A stretch of 64,000 nt of DNA from an uncultured Pseudomonadota bacterium (GCA_903900265.1 CAIUMM010000226.1:6893-70892); one strand, 5' to 3'. Shown: positions 28,021-37,537, counted from the stretch's first letter. Numbers and translations: made by a program. The notes: generated by a model from the letters alone, not told the origin.

Positions 28021-28827
28021 TCAGGGTTTCCAGCGGTCGTGGAGCCAGAGCCAACCCGCGGGCTGCTCGCGAATTCGCTCGGCGTACCAGGCGTTCGCGG
28101 CGTCGGTCAGCGCCTGTACGTCCAGCGCCTCGTCTCCGGTGCGCGCCGGCATCGAAAACGGGGTGATCGAGAACCGGTGCCTCCCCACCCCGAGGCGCTG
28201 CTGCCAAACCCCGTAGACCGGACGCCCCGTGCGCAGGATAGTGACGGCGAACCCCGTCGAGGTGCGACACGCGGCTCCAAAAAACGGGCTATTTATGCCC
28301 TTGTTGAACCGCTGGTCCTGGATGAACAGCAGGGCGCAGCCGCTCTCCAACGCCGCGTAGCCATCGGCGAGGGTCGCCCCGGTCGACAACCCAAGCAGGC
28401 CATGTCGAGCCCGGAGCGCGGCGATCTGCTCGCGCGCCCAAGGGTCCGCAGGAGGCTTCAAGAACAGCGCCGTCGGCGTCGCGTCCGCTAAGGCCAGCAG
28501 CGAAATATCCCAGCTCCCGCCGTGCCCTGCCAACAGGATGGACCCGGGCTGCAGCTGCTCTACCCCCACCGCCTCCACCATCGAAACCCCGGTACGCTCC
28601 GAGACCAGCAGCTCGATGTACCCCAACACGATGTTGTGCACCATCGCCGTCAGCGTCGCGCGCACTCGCGCCTGCGACCACTCCGGAGAGGCCCGACGTA
28701 GGTTTCGGACGGCCACGCGCTTCCGAATCGGCAGCACCGTCCACCAGGCCCACGCGAGGAACCACGCCAAACCGCTCGCGACTCCGAGCGGCAAACGCGC
28801 CAAAATGACGAGGACCGCCCCGCGCAA
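28021..28827 (-). CDS. lipid A biosynthesis acyltransferase family protein (LpxL/HtrB-like)
   Basis: Track ORF 28021..28923; the only start after the upstream stop is TTG 28827. N-terminal TM helix, HGGSWD (HX4D/E) motif, FIQDQRF...SPFFG region typical of the family. Confidence 0.75.
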   Translation of the reverse strand: MRGAVLVILARLPLGVASGLAWFLAWAWWTVLPIRKRVAVRNLRRASPEWSQARVRATLTAMVHNIVLGYIELLVSERTGVSMVEAVGVEQLQPGSILLAGHGGSWDISLLALADATPTALFLKPPADPWAREQIAALRARHGLLGLSTGATLADGYAALESGCALLFIQDQRFNKGINSPFFGAACRTSTGFAVTILRTGRPVYGVWQQRLGVGRHRFSITPFSMPARTGDEALDVQALTDAANAWYAERIREQPAGWLWLHDRWKP

Positions 28828-28828
28828 C

Positions 28829-31033
28829 TCACTCCCCGCCGACAAGCAGCGCAAGGCGCTCGCGCAGCTCCGCCTCGCCGGAGTGCAGCACGGGCTCGAC
28901 GCGCAACGCCCAAACCGACTCATCGGGAGGCAAGCGCGCGGCGTCCTTCTCCGTCGTGATCATCACGTGGGTGTCGCGCCACGCCTCAAAGGCCTGCAGG
29001 TCGATCCATACATAGCGGTGATGATCGGGAAACACCCAGGTTCGGTCTATATTTACGCCAAGCTGGCGCAGCTGGGCAAAAAAGCCCTCGGGATGCGCGA
29101 TCCCCGCAAACACCCCGGCCGGGCGATCGGGGAGCGCGTTCAAGGGCAAAAGCTGACGACGAAACAGCCACCCGACGGCGCGGTACCGTGCGCGCACCAC
29201 CAACGTGTCTGGGCGTACAAAGCGCCGAATCATCGCAGGGACGGCCTGTTCGGGCTCGGCATGGTTGAGCCAAAGCACGTCGGCGCGGGCGATGCTGGAC
29301 AACGGCAACCGTCCCGAGCCGGCGGGGATCATCCCGCCGCCCGCTGGAAAACGAACGTCCACCACCACGACCTCGAGATCGCGCGCGACCTCAGCGACCT
29401 GCAGGCCGTCGTCGAGCACCGCGACCGCCGCATGCGTTTGAGGGGATGCCTGCGTAAAAACCCGTGCGACCGCCGCCGCCCGATCGGGGCTAGAGACCAC
29501 CGGCAAGCCACGCCGCGCGAGCATCGCCAGCTCATCGCCCAGCTTGTCGGCCTCGCCGTCGGTCCGAAGATCGCGGCCGGCGTCTCGCCCAAACCCGCGC
29601 GACACGACTACGCCGTTCATCACGCCGGCGATCCACGCCGCGACAGGCGTCTTCCCCGCACCGCCGGCGGTCAACGCACCGACCGAAACTACGTGGCCGC
29701 CCTCGATCCGACGCGGGCGCGCGAGGGCAAACCGTGCGGCGACGCCGACGCGCCAAAAGGGGGCCAACGGGAGCAGCCAGGGCCGAAGCACGCGCTCGTC
29801 CGGGACGTCGGCCTCCCACAGCAGCTCGAGCGCGCGCACCGCGTTGTCGGCGGCACGAGCCCCTTTGGGCGTTGCCCTCGGGCTCTGCAACGCCGCGTCA
29901 AACGCCGAGGCCAAGGCAGCTGGGGTGCGCGCCACAAAGCCGGCGACGCCGTCCCAAGCGCCCGGCGTCGAGTGCACGTAGGGCCCATGCACCACCGGGC
30001 AACCCGAGCCCAGCGCTTCTGCTGGAGAGTGTCCGCCCACACTTGGGGTGAACGTACCCCCGACAAACGCCGCGCTGGCGCGCTGGTAGAGCGTCCCCAG
30101 CTCGCCGATGGTGTCGAGCAGCAGCACGTCCACGTCGGGCTCCACGCGCGCGCCGATGCGCGTGCGGCGACGGACGACGAGACCGGGCGACCGTGCAGCC
30201 TGAGCGGTGATGAGCGACCAGACCGCCTCAAACCGGCGCGGATCCCGAGGTGCGAGCACCAACAACGGCCGTCGCCCTCCAGCTTGCGTCTCCGGCAAGG
30301 CCGCTACGGCCTCCAACACCGATAGCTCCTCGCCTTCGTGCGTGCTGCCCGCGACGATCGTTGGCCTGGACCACTGCAGCGCCGGTACCCCAACCGGCGC
30401 CTCGGCCTTGAGGTCCCCGACCGAGAAGCCCCCGAGCAGCGACGCCGTCGCCGCGTCCGTGGTGATCCATTCGACGTCCCGGGTGAGCGCAGCCCACAAG
30501 GAAGGCCAGGCGCGCAGGCGCGCGAGGCCGGGCCCAATACGCGCGTTCACGACCGCCACCGGGATCTGACGCACACGACACATCCCCAGCAACACCGGCC
30601 AAAGCTCGGCTTCTACGAGGACCAGACAGCGCGGGCGCACTCGATCCAGAAAAGCCCCCACGGCGAAGGGGTGGTCTATCGGCGCGAACACGCTCTGGTC
30701 GGCACCGACGGCCTGCTCTCGAGCGGTGTCCGATGTACACGTTCGGATCACACCGAGCGCAGGTTGTGCCTCGCGAAGGGCCCGGATCAACGCCGCGCAC
30801 ACTCGACCTTCGCCCAAGCTCGCTGCGTGGATCCACACCGCCCCGGGCTCGACCTCCGGCGAGACCAAACCCCAGCGCTCCCGGCGTCGACGGCGCAACC
30901 TCGGGTGCACGATCAACAGGGCGGCGAGGACCGGAGTGAGCGCCCAAAGGAGAGCGCGGTATGCGAAAAAAAGCAGCGAGAACACGGTACCGGAGCCTAT
31001 CCGATCCCAGCCCCTCGTCGTGCGTTCGTGCAA
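28829..31033 (-). CDS. waaA-lpxK: bifunctional fusion: Kdo transferase (WaaA/KdtA) N-terminal half plus tetraacyldisaccharide 4'-kinase (LpxK) C-terminal half
   Basis: N-terminal half: VWIHAASLGEG and a GT-B-like fold. C-terminal half: LpxK P-loop VVSVGALTAGGAGKTP and FPDHHRY near the C-terminus. ATG 31033 leaves only 28 bp to divergent holB; GTG 30985 is an alternative start. Confidence 0.85.
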   Translation of the reverse strand: MHERTTRGWDRIGSGTVFSLLFFAYRALLWALTPVLAALLIVHPRLRRRRRERWGLVSPEVEPGAVWIHAASLGEGRVCAALIRALREAQPALGVIRTCTSDTAREQAVGADQSVFAPIDHPFAVGAFLDRVRPRCLVLVEAELWPVLLGMCRVRQIPVAVVNARIGPGLARLRAWPSLWAALTRDVEWITTDAATASLLGGFSVGDLKAEAPVGVPALQWSRPTIVAGSTHEGEELSVLEAVAALPETQAGGRRPLLVLAPRDPRRFEAVWSLITAQAARSPGLVVRRRTRIGARVEPDVDVLLLDTIGELGTLYQRASAAFVGGTFTPSVGGHSPAEALGSGCPVVHGPYVHSTPGAWDGVAGFVARTPAALASAFDAALQSPRATPKGARAADNAVRALELLWEADVPDERVLRPWLLPLAPFWRVGVAARFALARPRRIEGGHVVSVGALTAGGAGKTPVAAWIAGVMNGVVVSRGFGRDAGRDLRTDGEADKLGDELAMLARRGLPVVSSPDRAAAVARVFTQASPQTHAAVAVLDDGLQVAEVARDLEVVVVDVRFPAGGGMIPAGSGRLPLSSIARADVLWLNHAEPEQAVPAMIRRFVRPDTLVVRARYRAVGWLFRRQLLPLNALPDRPAGVFAGIAHPEGFFAQLRQLGVNIDRTWVFPDHHRYVWIDLQAFEAWRDTHVMITTEKDAARLPPDESVWALRVEPVLHSGEAELRERLALLVGGE

Positions 31034-31061
31034 CCCCCGGCGCTTCGGTTATCCCTCCGCC

Positions 31062-32048
31062 ATGGAAATCCACGGCAACGCTTCGGTGCGTGCACGCCTG
31101 TCCCGTGCGGCGCAAGATGCACGTTTGCATCACTGCTTCGTCTTTGAGGGGCCCGAAGGCGTAGGCAAGTTCAGCTACGCCATGGAGTTTGCTCGGGAGA
31201 TCAACTGTCAAGCGGCGCTGAACGCCCGCCCGTGCGGCGTATGTGATGCGTGCCGGTGGATCAGCGCGGGGACCCACCCCGACGTCCTCGTGGTCAGCCC
31301 GGATCCCGAAAAAGCCACGCCGATCATCACCGCGGCGCAAGCGCGCGAGATCGTCAACTCCATCCAGCTTCAACGCCACTCAGCGGCCTACCGGGTGATC
31401 ATCTTGAACCCCGCCGACGCGTTGAACGAAGAAGCCGCGAATATCCTCCTCAAGACGCTCGAAGAGCCGCCCGCGCGCACCCAGTTTCTACTGGTGACCG
31501 CCCGGCCGGCGTCGTTGCTGCAAACCGTGCGCTCGCGCAGCCAGCGCGTACGCTTTGGCCCGCTCTCCGAAGCCGAGATGTCCGCCTGGCTGACGGAGCG
31601 CGGCATGGATCACGCGCTGGCCTCGGCCGCAGGAGGCAGCCCCGGCCGCGCTCTGGCCCTCGCCGGCGGCGAAGCCGAAGCCCGCCGCGAGGTGCTCGAC
31701 GCCCTGTGTGGCGCCGTCGGACAGCCCTTACACGCGCTCTTCTCGTTCAGCGAGTCCACCTCCAAGAACGCCGAAGGCGGCGCGGAGCGCGCCGAGCTGG
31801 TGCTGCAGGTGCTCGAGGAGCTCCTCGCCGACACCGTGGCGCTGGCGAATGGCCGCCCGCTTCGGCACGGCGATCGGGAGCAGCTCCTCCGTCGATGGGC
31901 GCGCGGCATGTGGCCGGATGGCGTGGGTCGCATGCAGCAGGAGATCAGCCTCGCGCGCGACCGGCTCCGCTTGAACGTGCAGGCCAGGGTCGCGCTTGAG
32001 GCGCTGCTGGCCCACTTGAACCTCGAACTTTCCCACGTGCCCGCATGA
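31062..32048 (+). CDS. holB: DNA polymerase III delta' subunit
   Basis: Track ORF 30726..32048; ATG 31062 (MEIHGNASVRARL...). Motifs HCFVFEGPEGVGK, Zn module CGVCDACRWISAGTHPDV, LLKTLEEPP, SRSQRVRF. Confidence 0.9.
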   Translation: MEIHGNASVRARLSRAAQDARLHHCFVFEGPEGVGKFSYAMEFAREINCQAALNARPCGVCDACRWISAGTHPDVLVVSPDPEKATPIITAAQAREIVNSIQLQRHSAAYRVIILNPADALNEEAANILLKTLEEPPARTQFLLVTARPASLLQTVRSRSQRVRFGPLSEAEMSAWLTERGMDHALASAAGGSPGRALALAGGEAEARREVLDALCGAVGQPLHALFSFSESTSKNAEGGAERAELVLQVLEELLADTVALANGRPLRHGDREQLLRRWARGMWPDGVGRMQQEISLARDRLRLNVQARVALEALLAHLNLELSHVPA

Positions 32049-32860
32049 ACGATATCGCCCCGCCCGTGCTCCCGGGCACACCGCTGATTGACTCCCACTG
32101 CCACCTCGACACGCGGGTTTGGGAGGACGATGCGGGCGTCGATGCCGTCGTCGCGCGCGCCCACGCAGCCGGGGTGAGCCACATGATCGCGATCGGATCC
32201 GGCTATGGCTTCACCAGCGGTCATCGGGCTCACGCCGTCGCCGCGCGCCACGCCGCGGTGCACGCTGCGGTCGGTCTGCACCCCCATGACGCCGCGGAAT
32301 TCACCGACGAACGCATGGCGGATTTGATCGCGCTCGGAACCCCCGAGACTCCGATCCTCGCGCTCGGCGAGATGGGCCTCGACTACCACTACGACTACGC
32401 GCCCCGCGACCAACAGCGGCTGGCCTTCCGCGCCCAGCTCGCGTTGGCGCGGGAGCTAGGGCTGCCCGTGATCATTCACGACCGGGAGAGCGGCGGGGAG
32501 ACCCTCGACGTGCTCGACGAGATGCGCGCCTGGGACACCGGGGTGCTGTTTCACTGCTACACCGGGGATGTCGCGTACATGCAGGCGATCACCGCTCGGG
32601 GCGGGCTGATCTCCATCCCGGGCATCGTCACGTTCAAGAACGGCGACACGATGCGGGAGGTCGCGGCCAAAGCCCCCATCGATCGCATCCTCATCGAGAC
32701 GGACAGCCCGTTTTTGACGCCCATCCCCTTTCGGGGACGGAAAAACGAGCCCGCGTACGTAGGCTACGTCGCCGCGAAGATCGCGGAGGTCCGTGGGACC
32801 ACGCCCGAAGCGATCGCAGAGGTCGCCGCTGAAAATACGCGACGATACTTCCGCTTTTAA
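32045..32860 (+). CDS. tatD: TatD-family metal-dependent hydrolase (YcfH type)
   Basis: ATGA overlap with the holB stop. Motifs LIDSHCHLD, GEMGLDYHY, VIIHDRES, LFHCYTG, ETDSPFLTP. Confidence 0.9.
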   Translation: MNDIAPPVLPGTPLIDSHCHLDTRVWEDDAGVDAVVARAHAAGVSHMIAIGSGYGFTSGHRAHAVAARHAAVHAAVGLHPHDAAEFTDERMADLIALGTPETPILALGEMGLDYHYDYAPRDQQRLAFRAQLALARELGLPVIIHDRESGGETLDVLDEMRAWDTGVLFHCYTGDVAYMQAITARGGLISIPGIVTFKNGDTMREVAAKAPIDRILIETDSPFLTPIPFRGRKNEPAYVGYVAAKIAEVRGTTPEAIAEVAAENTRRYFRF

Positions 32861-32899
32861 AACTTCTTGGGCAAACCACGGTCGCTTTGAGGGCGCGCC

Positions 32900-32915
32900 C
32901 GGGACTTGGGGTCCC
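32900..32915. terminator. short perfect hairpin between convergent genes (possible bidirectional terminator)
   Basis: CGGGAC-TTGG-GTCCCG read directly between the tatD stop (32860) and the small-ORF stop (32939). No U-tract. Confidence 0.25.
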
Positions 32916-32938
32916 GAGCGTATCCCCCGGTCGCGACG

Positions 32939-33103
32939 CTACTCCTGCGCGGCCTTGGCGGCGGCGTTGGCGTCAGCCTCAGGCGTGTGCACGGGGAACA
33001 CAGGGGTGGAGCCCTTGTTCTCACGAGCGCGACGGGCGGCCTTGCCCGCATTCTGCTTACGGAGTTCGCGGCGGTATTCGGTGACGGCGGTCTTGGAAGC
33101 CAT
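32939..33103 (-). CDS. small basic protein (54 aa), not in ORF track (below length cutoff)
   Basis: My translation: MASKTAVTEYRRELRKQNAGKAARRARENKGSTPVFPVHTPEADANAAAKAAQE*. GAGG lies 6 nt upstream of ATG 33103 and TAG at 32941-32939. Codons are GC3-rich with CGT/GCT/AAG usage. Confidence 0.55.
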   Translation of the reverse strand: MASKTAVTEYRRELRKQNAGKAARRARENKGSTPVFPVHTPEADANAAAKAAQE

Positions 33104-33265
33104 GAGAAACCTCGAGAGGGTAAATCGGTATAGAAACGGCCCCGCTGGCTAACGAGTGTCCGCGCCCTCGTCAATGTAAACTATGTCAGCCGCCCTCGCC
33201 GACGGTGCACCATCGGCTTAGCCTTGTCACGTCAAGTGTCCCACTCGACGTTGAGAGGAGCCCCC

Positions 33266-36200
33266 ATGTTGAACCGTAAGTATTCACTCATTCTTCTACT
33301 CGCTGCCACAGCGGCTTTCGCCCCAAGCCGCGCGTACGCGTGGCCCGAAGACGATGCGTGGGTGGCGTTTCAACAATCGGGCGCCCCGATCCTCGATGTG
33401 GTGGGCGACGCCGAGCAAGGGGACGGCGGCGTACACGGCAGCGTCGACATCGTGAGCGACACCAGCCCCGAGCCAGACGCCGCTGCAGGGTACTGGTACG
33501 CCGATGACGACGCCCTGTACTTGCGGATGCGCATCGACGAAGACCCGCGGAATGGAGCCGAGAATGTGCGCGCGTCCAACTGGGGCTTTCTCATCGACAT
33601 CGATGGTGGCGACGACTTCGAGTACCTGCTCGCCCTCTCCGGCGCCTCTCCGACCATCTCGATCTACGACAACGCCGACAACGACCCCGGCGTAGACGCC
33701 GTCGCCGCCGACTTTCTGAGCGCCGAAGCAACGGCACGCTCCTCCGACGTGTTGCGGATCTCCACCGCCGACACCAGCGTGCATGGCGCGCCCGACTACT
33801 TCATCGATCTGGCGTTCTCCCGTGCCGATCTCGTCGTAGCCACCGGCGCGGATCTCGACGGAGACCTCCAGTTCGTCATCGCGACCAACGATGATCCTAC
33901 CGACAACCAGCTGAATAACGACTGCGCCGGTCACGATGATACCGCCGCCCTTGGCACGCTCGCCCAGTGCCTCACCGACGTCGTCGGCATCGACCGGGAC
34001 GCTGACGGCCTCTCGGATCCGGAAGAGGACGTCTACGGCACCGACCCGCTGGACGCGGACAGCGACGAAGACGGCTTGAACGACCAGCAGGAGCAGGACG
34101 CCGGCACGAACCCCAACAACTGGGACTCCGACGGCGACGGCCTGTCCGACGGCCTCGAGCTCGGCGTCACCGCCCCCACGCGCGACACCAACACCAGCCT
34201 CGGCCACTACACCGCCGACGCCGATCCCGCTTCGACCACCAACCCCCTGTCCTCGGACACCGACGGCGGCACGCTTGAAGACGGCAACGAGGACCTCAAC
34301 GGCAACGGACGGGTCGACCCCTGGGAGACCGATCCGAACTACCGATTGGACGACGTCGACTCCGACGGCGACGGCATCCCCGACAGCGTCGAAGCCGAGT
34401 GCGACGGCACCGGCGGCGACTCGGACCGCGACGGCGACGGCATCTCCGACGCGACCGAGGGCGTCGTCGACACCGACGGGGACGGCGCGGCCGACTTCTG
34501 CGACGAAGACGACGATGACGACGGTCTCCCCTCGGCGGACGAGACCACCGACGACACCGATGGCGACGGCCTGACCAACGACCACGACACCGACAGCGAC
34601 GGCGACGGCATCGATGACGGCACCGAAGGGACGGGAGACGACGACGGCGACGGCACGTCCAACAACCTCGATCCCGACAACAACGATGGTCCCAACGCGG
34701 ACCCCGACGCCGACGGCCTCACGAACGCAGAAGAAGCCGCCTGCGGGTCCGACCCGCTCAACGCCGACTCCGACGGCGACACCATTCCCGACGCCGAAGA
34801 AGCCTGCGCCGACGCCGACTGCGACGGCCTGCCCGACCGAATCGACGCGAACAACACCGACGGGACCTGCGACTCGGCGGTTGACGACACCGCGACCGAC
34901 GACGGCTGCGACGACGTGGACGGCGACGGGGTGTTGGACTGCGGCTACTACGCCGGTGGGTCCTGCAGCACCGCGCCCGGATCGGCAGGCCTGATGGTCA
35001 CCCTCGTGGGCGGCCTCGCACTCGCCTTCCGCCGGAAGCGCGGCCGCAAAAGCAGCCGTGGCGGCCAGATCGGCGCGGCGATGGTCGGCCTGAGCATGGC
35101 GGCGTCGGGCTCGGCGCAAGCCGCCGACGAGCTCGATGCACAGCGCTTTCGGCCCTCACTGGACAGTCGGACCACGTTGGGCGTTGAAGACTCGCAGGTC
35201 GCGCCCACCGGTTTTGGAGGGGCTGCCTACCTGAACTACGCGCAGGACCCGTTGGTCTACCGCAGCCTCGACGGCTCGGGCGCTGACCTTCAGCTGGTCG
35301 GCCCGTTGTTCACCACCGACCTGCAGGCGCTTTATACGTGGAAGCCGATTCGGATCGGCGTCGACGTCCCGCTGAGCGCCTACGGCAGCGATGTAGGAGG
35401 CGGCGGGGCCACCATGGGCGACATCCGCTTCGACGCCAAGTTCATGGCGATAGACCGTCTCAAGACCGGGTACGGCCTCGGTCTGGACGCGCGGCTCTCC
35501 GTGCCCACCGGCGATCCGCGTCACTGGTTGGGAGACGGCACGCCCACCACCCAGATCACCGCGATCGGCTCGGTTGGAAAGACCTTCATGGGCACGGCAA
35601 ACTTCGGGTTTCGCTCTGGCCCCGCGACAACGCTCTCCAACCTGAATTGGGGAAACCGGCTCACCTGGGGTGTGGGCGGCTCTGCGCCGGTCCTCGACGA
35701 ACTGTCGGTGTTCGCCGAGCTGGACGGCGAGGTCGTGTTGGTCAAAGACACCCTGCTTGACCCCGCATCTACCCGCATCCCCGGCGAGTGGCGCGTCGGC
35801 GCACGGTATCAGGTCCGTCCGCGTCTACAGGCCACCATCGCCGGCGGCGGCGGCTACACCGCGGGTATCGGAAGCCCCGACTTCCGCATCGTCTTCGGCA
35901 TCAGCACGCTCCCGGCCGTGAAGGGCAGCACGCGGGACGAAGCCGACACTGACGCGGACGGCATCCCGGACGACAAGGATCTGTGCCCGAACCAAGCCGA
36001 AGACATGAACGGCAAGAACGACTCGGATGGTTGTCCCGACGCCGGCCTGACCCCGACGACCATCACCGTGATCGACACCCAAGGGCGAAAGATCACCGGA
36101 GCTGCGGTCGACCTCACCGACGGCCCCGAGAACGGAAGGTACATCCTACAGTCTGGGTACTTCACCCGCTCCATCCCCCCGGGCCCCTACAGCGTGCACG

Positions 36201-36904
36201 CCGGCGCAGAGGGCTACGGCGACGTGATGGACCGCATGGTGGTGCCCGACGCCGAGCGCTACGAAAAGACGATCACGCTGGGCGCCGACCTTGGCTTCAT
36301 GCCGCTGACGGTGATCGCACGCAACGAGGCCGGCAAGCCCGTCGACGCTTTGGTGACCGTGTTTGGAGCAGGTAAGAAGTTCCAAACCGGCCCGGACGGC
36401 ATCGGGGAAGGCAGCTTGAAGCCCGGTCCGACCGAGATCTCGGTGTGGGCGGAGGGGTACCAGCCCGAGCGGGTCAAGACCGTGGTCGAGCCCAACGCGC
36501 GCGTCGAGGTCACGCTGCGTAAGTCGCGCGTCGAGGTCCGCGACAACGAGGTGATCATCCTCGACAAGGTGTTCTTCGAGCTGGACTCATCCATCCTGAA
36601 GGCCGAGAGCATCCGCATCCTCGACGACGTGGCGGCCACGCTCATCGCGCACCCCGAGATCGAGCTGATCGAAGTACAAGGCCACACCGACGATCAGGGC
36701 AGCGACGAGTACAACATCGGCCTGTCCCAGCGTCGCGCCGAGACCGTCAAGTCCTACCTCAGCAATCAGGGTGTCGAGGGCAAGCGGCTCATCCCGAAGG
36801 GCTTCGGCGAGACCACCCCCCTGCAGCCCGGGACCAGCGAAGAAGCGCGGGAAGCCAACCGCCGCGTGGCGTTCAAGATCGTGCGCGGACCGAAGGTCAA
36901 GTAG
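33266..36904 (+). CDS. large exported protein: N-terminal domain + thrombospondin type-3 repeats + internal MYXO-CTERM-like tag, then beta-barrel-like region + CarboxypepD_reg-like domains + OmpA C-terminal domain
   Basis: Track ORF 33224..36904; GAGAGGAG precedes ATG 33266 (MLNRKYSLILLLAATAAFAPSRAYA). Many DxDxDGxxDxxE units (about 33990-34930). GGSCSTAPGSAGLMVTLVGGLALAFRRKRGRK at 34955-35050. OmpA_C motifs (FELDSSILK, GHTDDQGSDEYNIGLSQRRAE, NRRVAF) at about 36560-36880. Confidence 0.8.
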   Translation: MLNRKYSLILLLAATAAFAPSRAYAWPEDDAWVAFQQSGAPILDVVGDAEQGDGGVHGSVDIVSDTSPEPDAAAGYWYADDDALYLRMRIDEDPRNGAENVRASNWGFLIDIDGGDDFEYLLALSGASPTISIYDNADNDPGVDAVAADFLSAEATARSSDVLRISTADTSVHGAPDYFIDLAFSRADLVVATGADLDGDLQFVIATNDDPTDNQLNNDCAGHDDTAALGTLAQCLTDVVGIDRDADGLSDPEEDVYGTDPLDADSDEDGLNDQQEQDAGTNPNNWDSDGDGLSDGLELGVTAPTRDTNTSLGHYTADADPASTTNPLSSDTDGGTLEDGNEDLNGNGRVDPWETDPNYRLDDVDSDGDGIPDSVEAECDGTGGDSDRDGDGISDATEGVVDTDGDGAADFCDEDDDDDGLPSADETTDDTDGDGLTNDHDTDSDGDGIDDGTEGTGDDDGDGTSNNLDPDNNDGPNADPDADGLTNAEEAACGSDPLNADSDGDTIPDAEEACADADCDGLPDRIDANNTDGTCDSAVDDTATDDGCDDVDGDGVLDCGYYAGGSCSTAPGSAGLMVTLVGGLALAFRRKRGRKSSRGGQIGAAMVGLSMAASGSAQAADELDAQRFRPSLDSRTTLGVEDSQVAPTGFGGAAYLNYAQDPLVYRSLDGSGADLQLVGPLFTTDLQALYTWKPIRIGVDVPLSAYGSDVGGGGATMGDIRFDAKFMAIDRLKTGYGLGLDARLSVPTGDPRHWLGDGTPTTQITAIGSVGKTFMGTANFGFRSGPATTLSNLNWGNRLTWGVGGSAPVLDELSVFAELDGEVVLVKDTLLDPASTRIPGEWRVGARYQVRPRLQATIAGGGGYTAGIGSPDFRIVFGISTLPAVKGSTRDEADTDADGIPDDKDLCPNQAEDMNGKNDSDGCPDAGLTPTTITVIDTQGRKITGAAVDLTDGPENGRYILQSGYFTRSIPPGPYSVHAGAEGYGDVMDRMVVPDAERYEKTITLGADLGFMPLTVIARNEAGKPVDALVTVFGAGKKFQTGPDGIGEGSLKPGPTEISVWAEGYQPERVKTVVEPNARVEVTLRKSRVEVRDNEVIILDKVFFELDSSILKAESIRILDDVAATLIAHPEIELIEVQGHTDDQGSDEYNIGLSQRRAETVKSYLSNQGVEGKRLIPKGFGETTPLQPGTSEEAREANRRVAFKIVRGPKVK

Positions 36905-36922
36905 CCAACCGGCGGGAGCGAC

Positions 36923-37537
36923 CTAAAAGTAGGCGCTCTCGCCGATGTCGGGGCACCAGCTCGCATCACCTGCACCCGACACTTCGCCGTCCAGCGGCGC
37001 GGTGTCCTGCGACTCGTAGGGGAACTGGCCGGAGAACAGCGAAAGGTCCACATCGACCGCGTAGTCCGCGCCATCGCCCCCGGACACGGTGACGTCGAAG
37101 GTACCCGGCGCGCCGGTCCAGAAGTGGCCGCTGTAGCAGTACCCATCGTCGCAGTCGGCGGACTGCGACCATGCGCCGTCGCCGAACGCGCAGTTCAGCA
37201 CTACGGTCGCCGGGGCGGCGAACCACGTAGTCGCGTCGGGCGCGGTGTACGCCGCATACAGGAAGATCGAGCACGTACCCGACGGCGTCAGCACGCCAGG
37301 GTCCAGCTCCCGATCATTCGACAGCGCGCGTCCGACGTCAGAGCAGGTCGCCGAGGAGGCGCCGGGGATGAACATCGCGAGCTGGCCGTTGCTCGGGCTG
37401 TCAAAAGCGAAGCCTGAACCTCCCGCCGTCGCGACATCCCCAGCGTCCGTCGTCAGCGCGCCCCATCCGCTACCCGCGGAGTCATCGGCCGCAGCCGCGC
37501 AACCCACGCACAGGGAGAACAACCACGCCCAGCGCAT
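36923..37537 (-). CDS. lipoprotein, hypothetical (Cys-containing, Asp/Gly-rich)
   Basis: Track ORF 36923..37714. ATG 37537 overlaps the prfB stop (TGATG) and gives MRWAWLFSLCVGCAAAADD (lipobox). Confidence 0.7.
   Translation of the reverse strand: MRWAWLFSLCVGCAAAADDSAGSGWGALTTDAGDVATAGGSGFAFDSPSNGQLAMFIPGASSATCSDVGRALSNDRELDPGVLTPSGTCSIFLYAAYTAPDATTWFAAPATVVLNCAFGDGAWSQSADCDDGYCYSGHFWTGAPGTFDVTVSGGDGADYAVDVDLSLFSGQFPYESQDTAPLDGEVSGAGDASWCPDIGESAYF

Noticed and set aside
33296-35119. 607-aa minus-strand ORF
   Set aside because: It is antisense to the TSP3-repeat region. Its Val/Gly/Ala repeats are the complement of the Asp-rich coding repeats.
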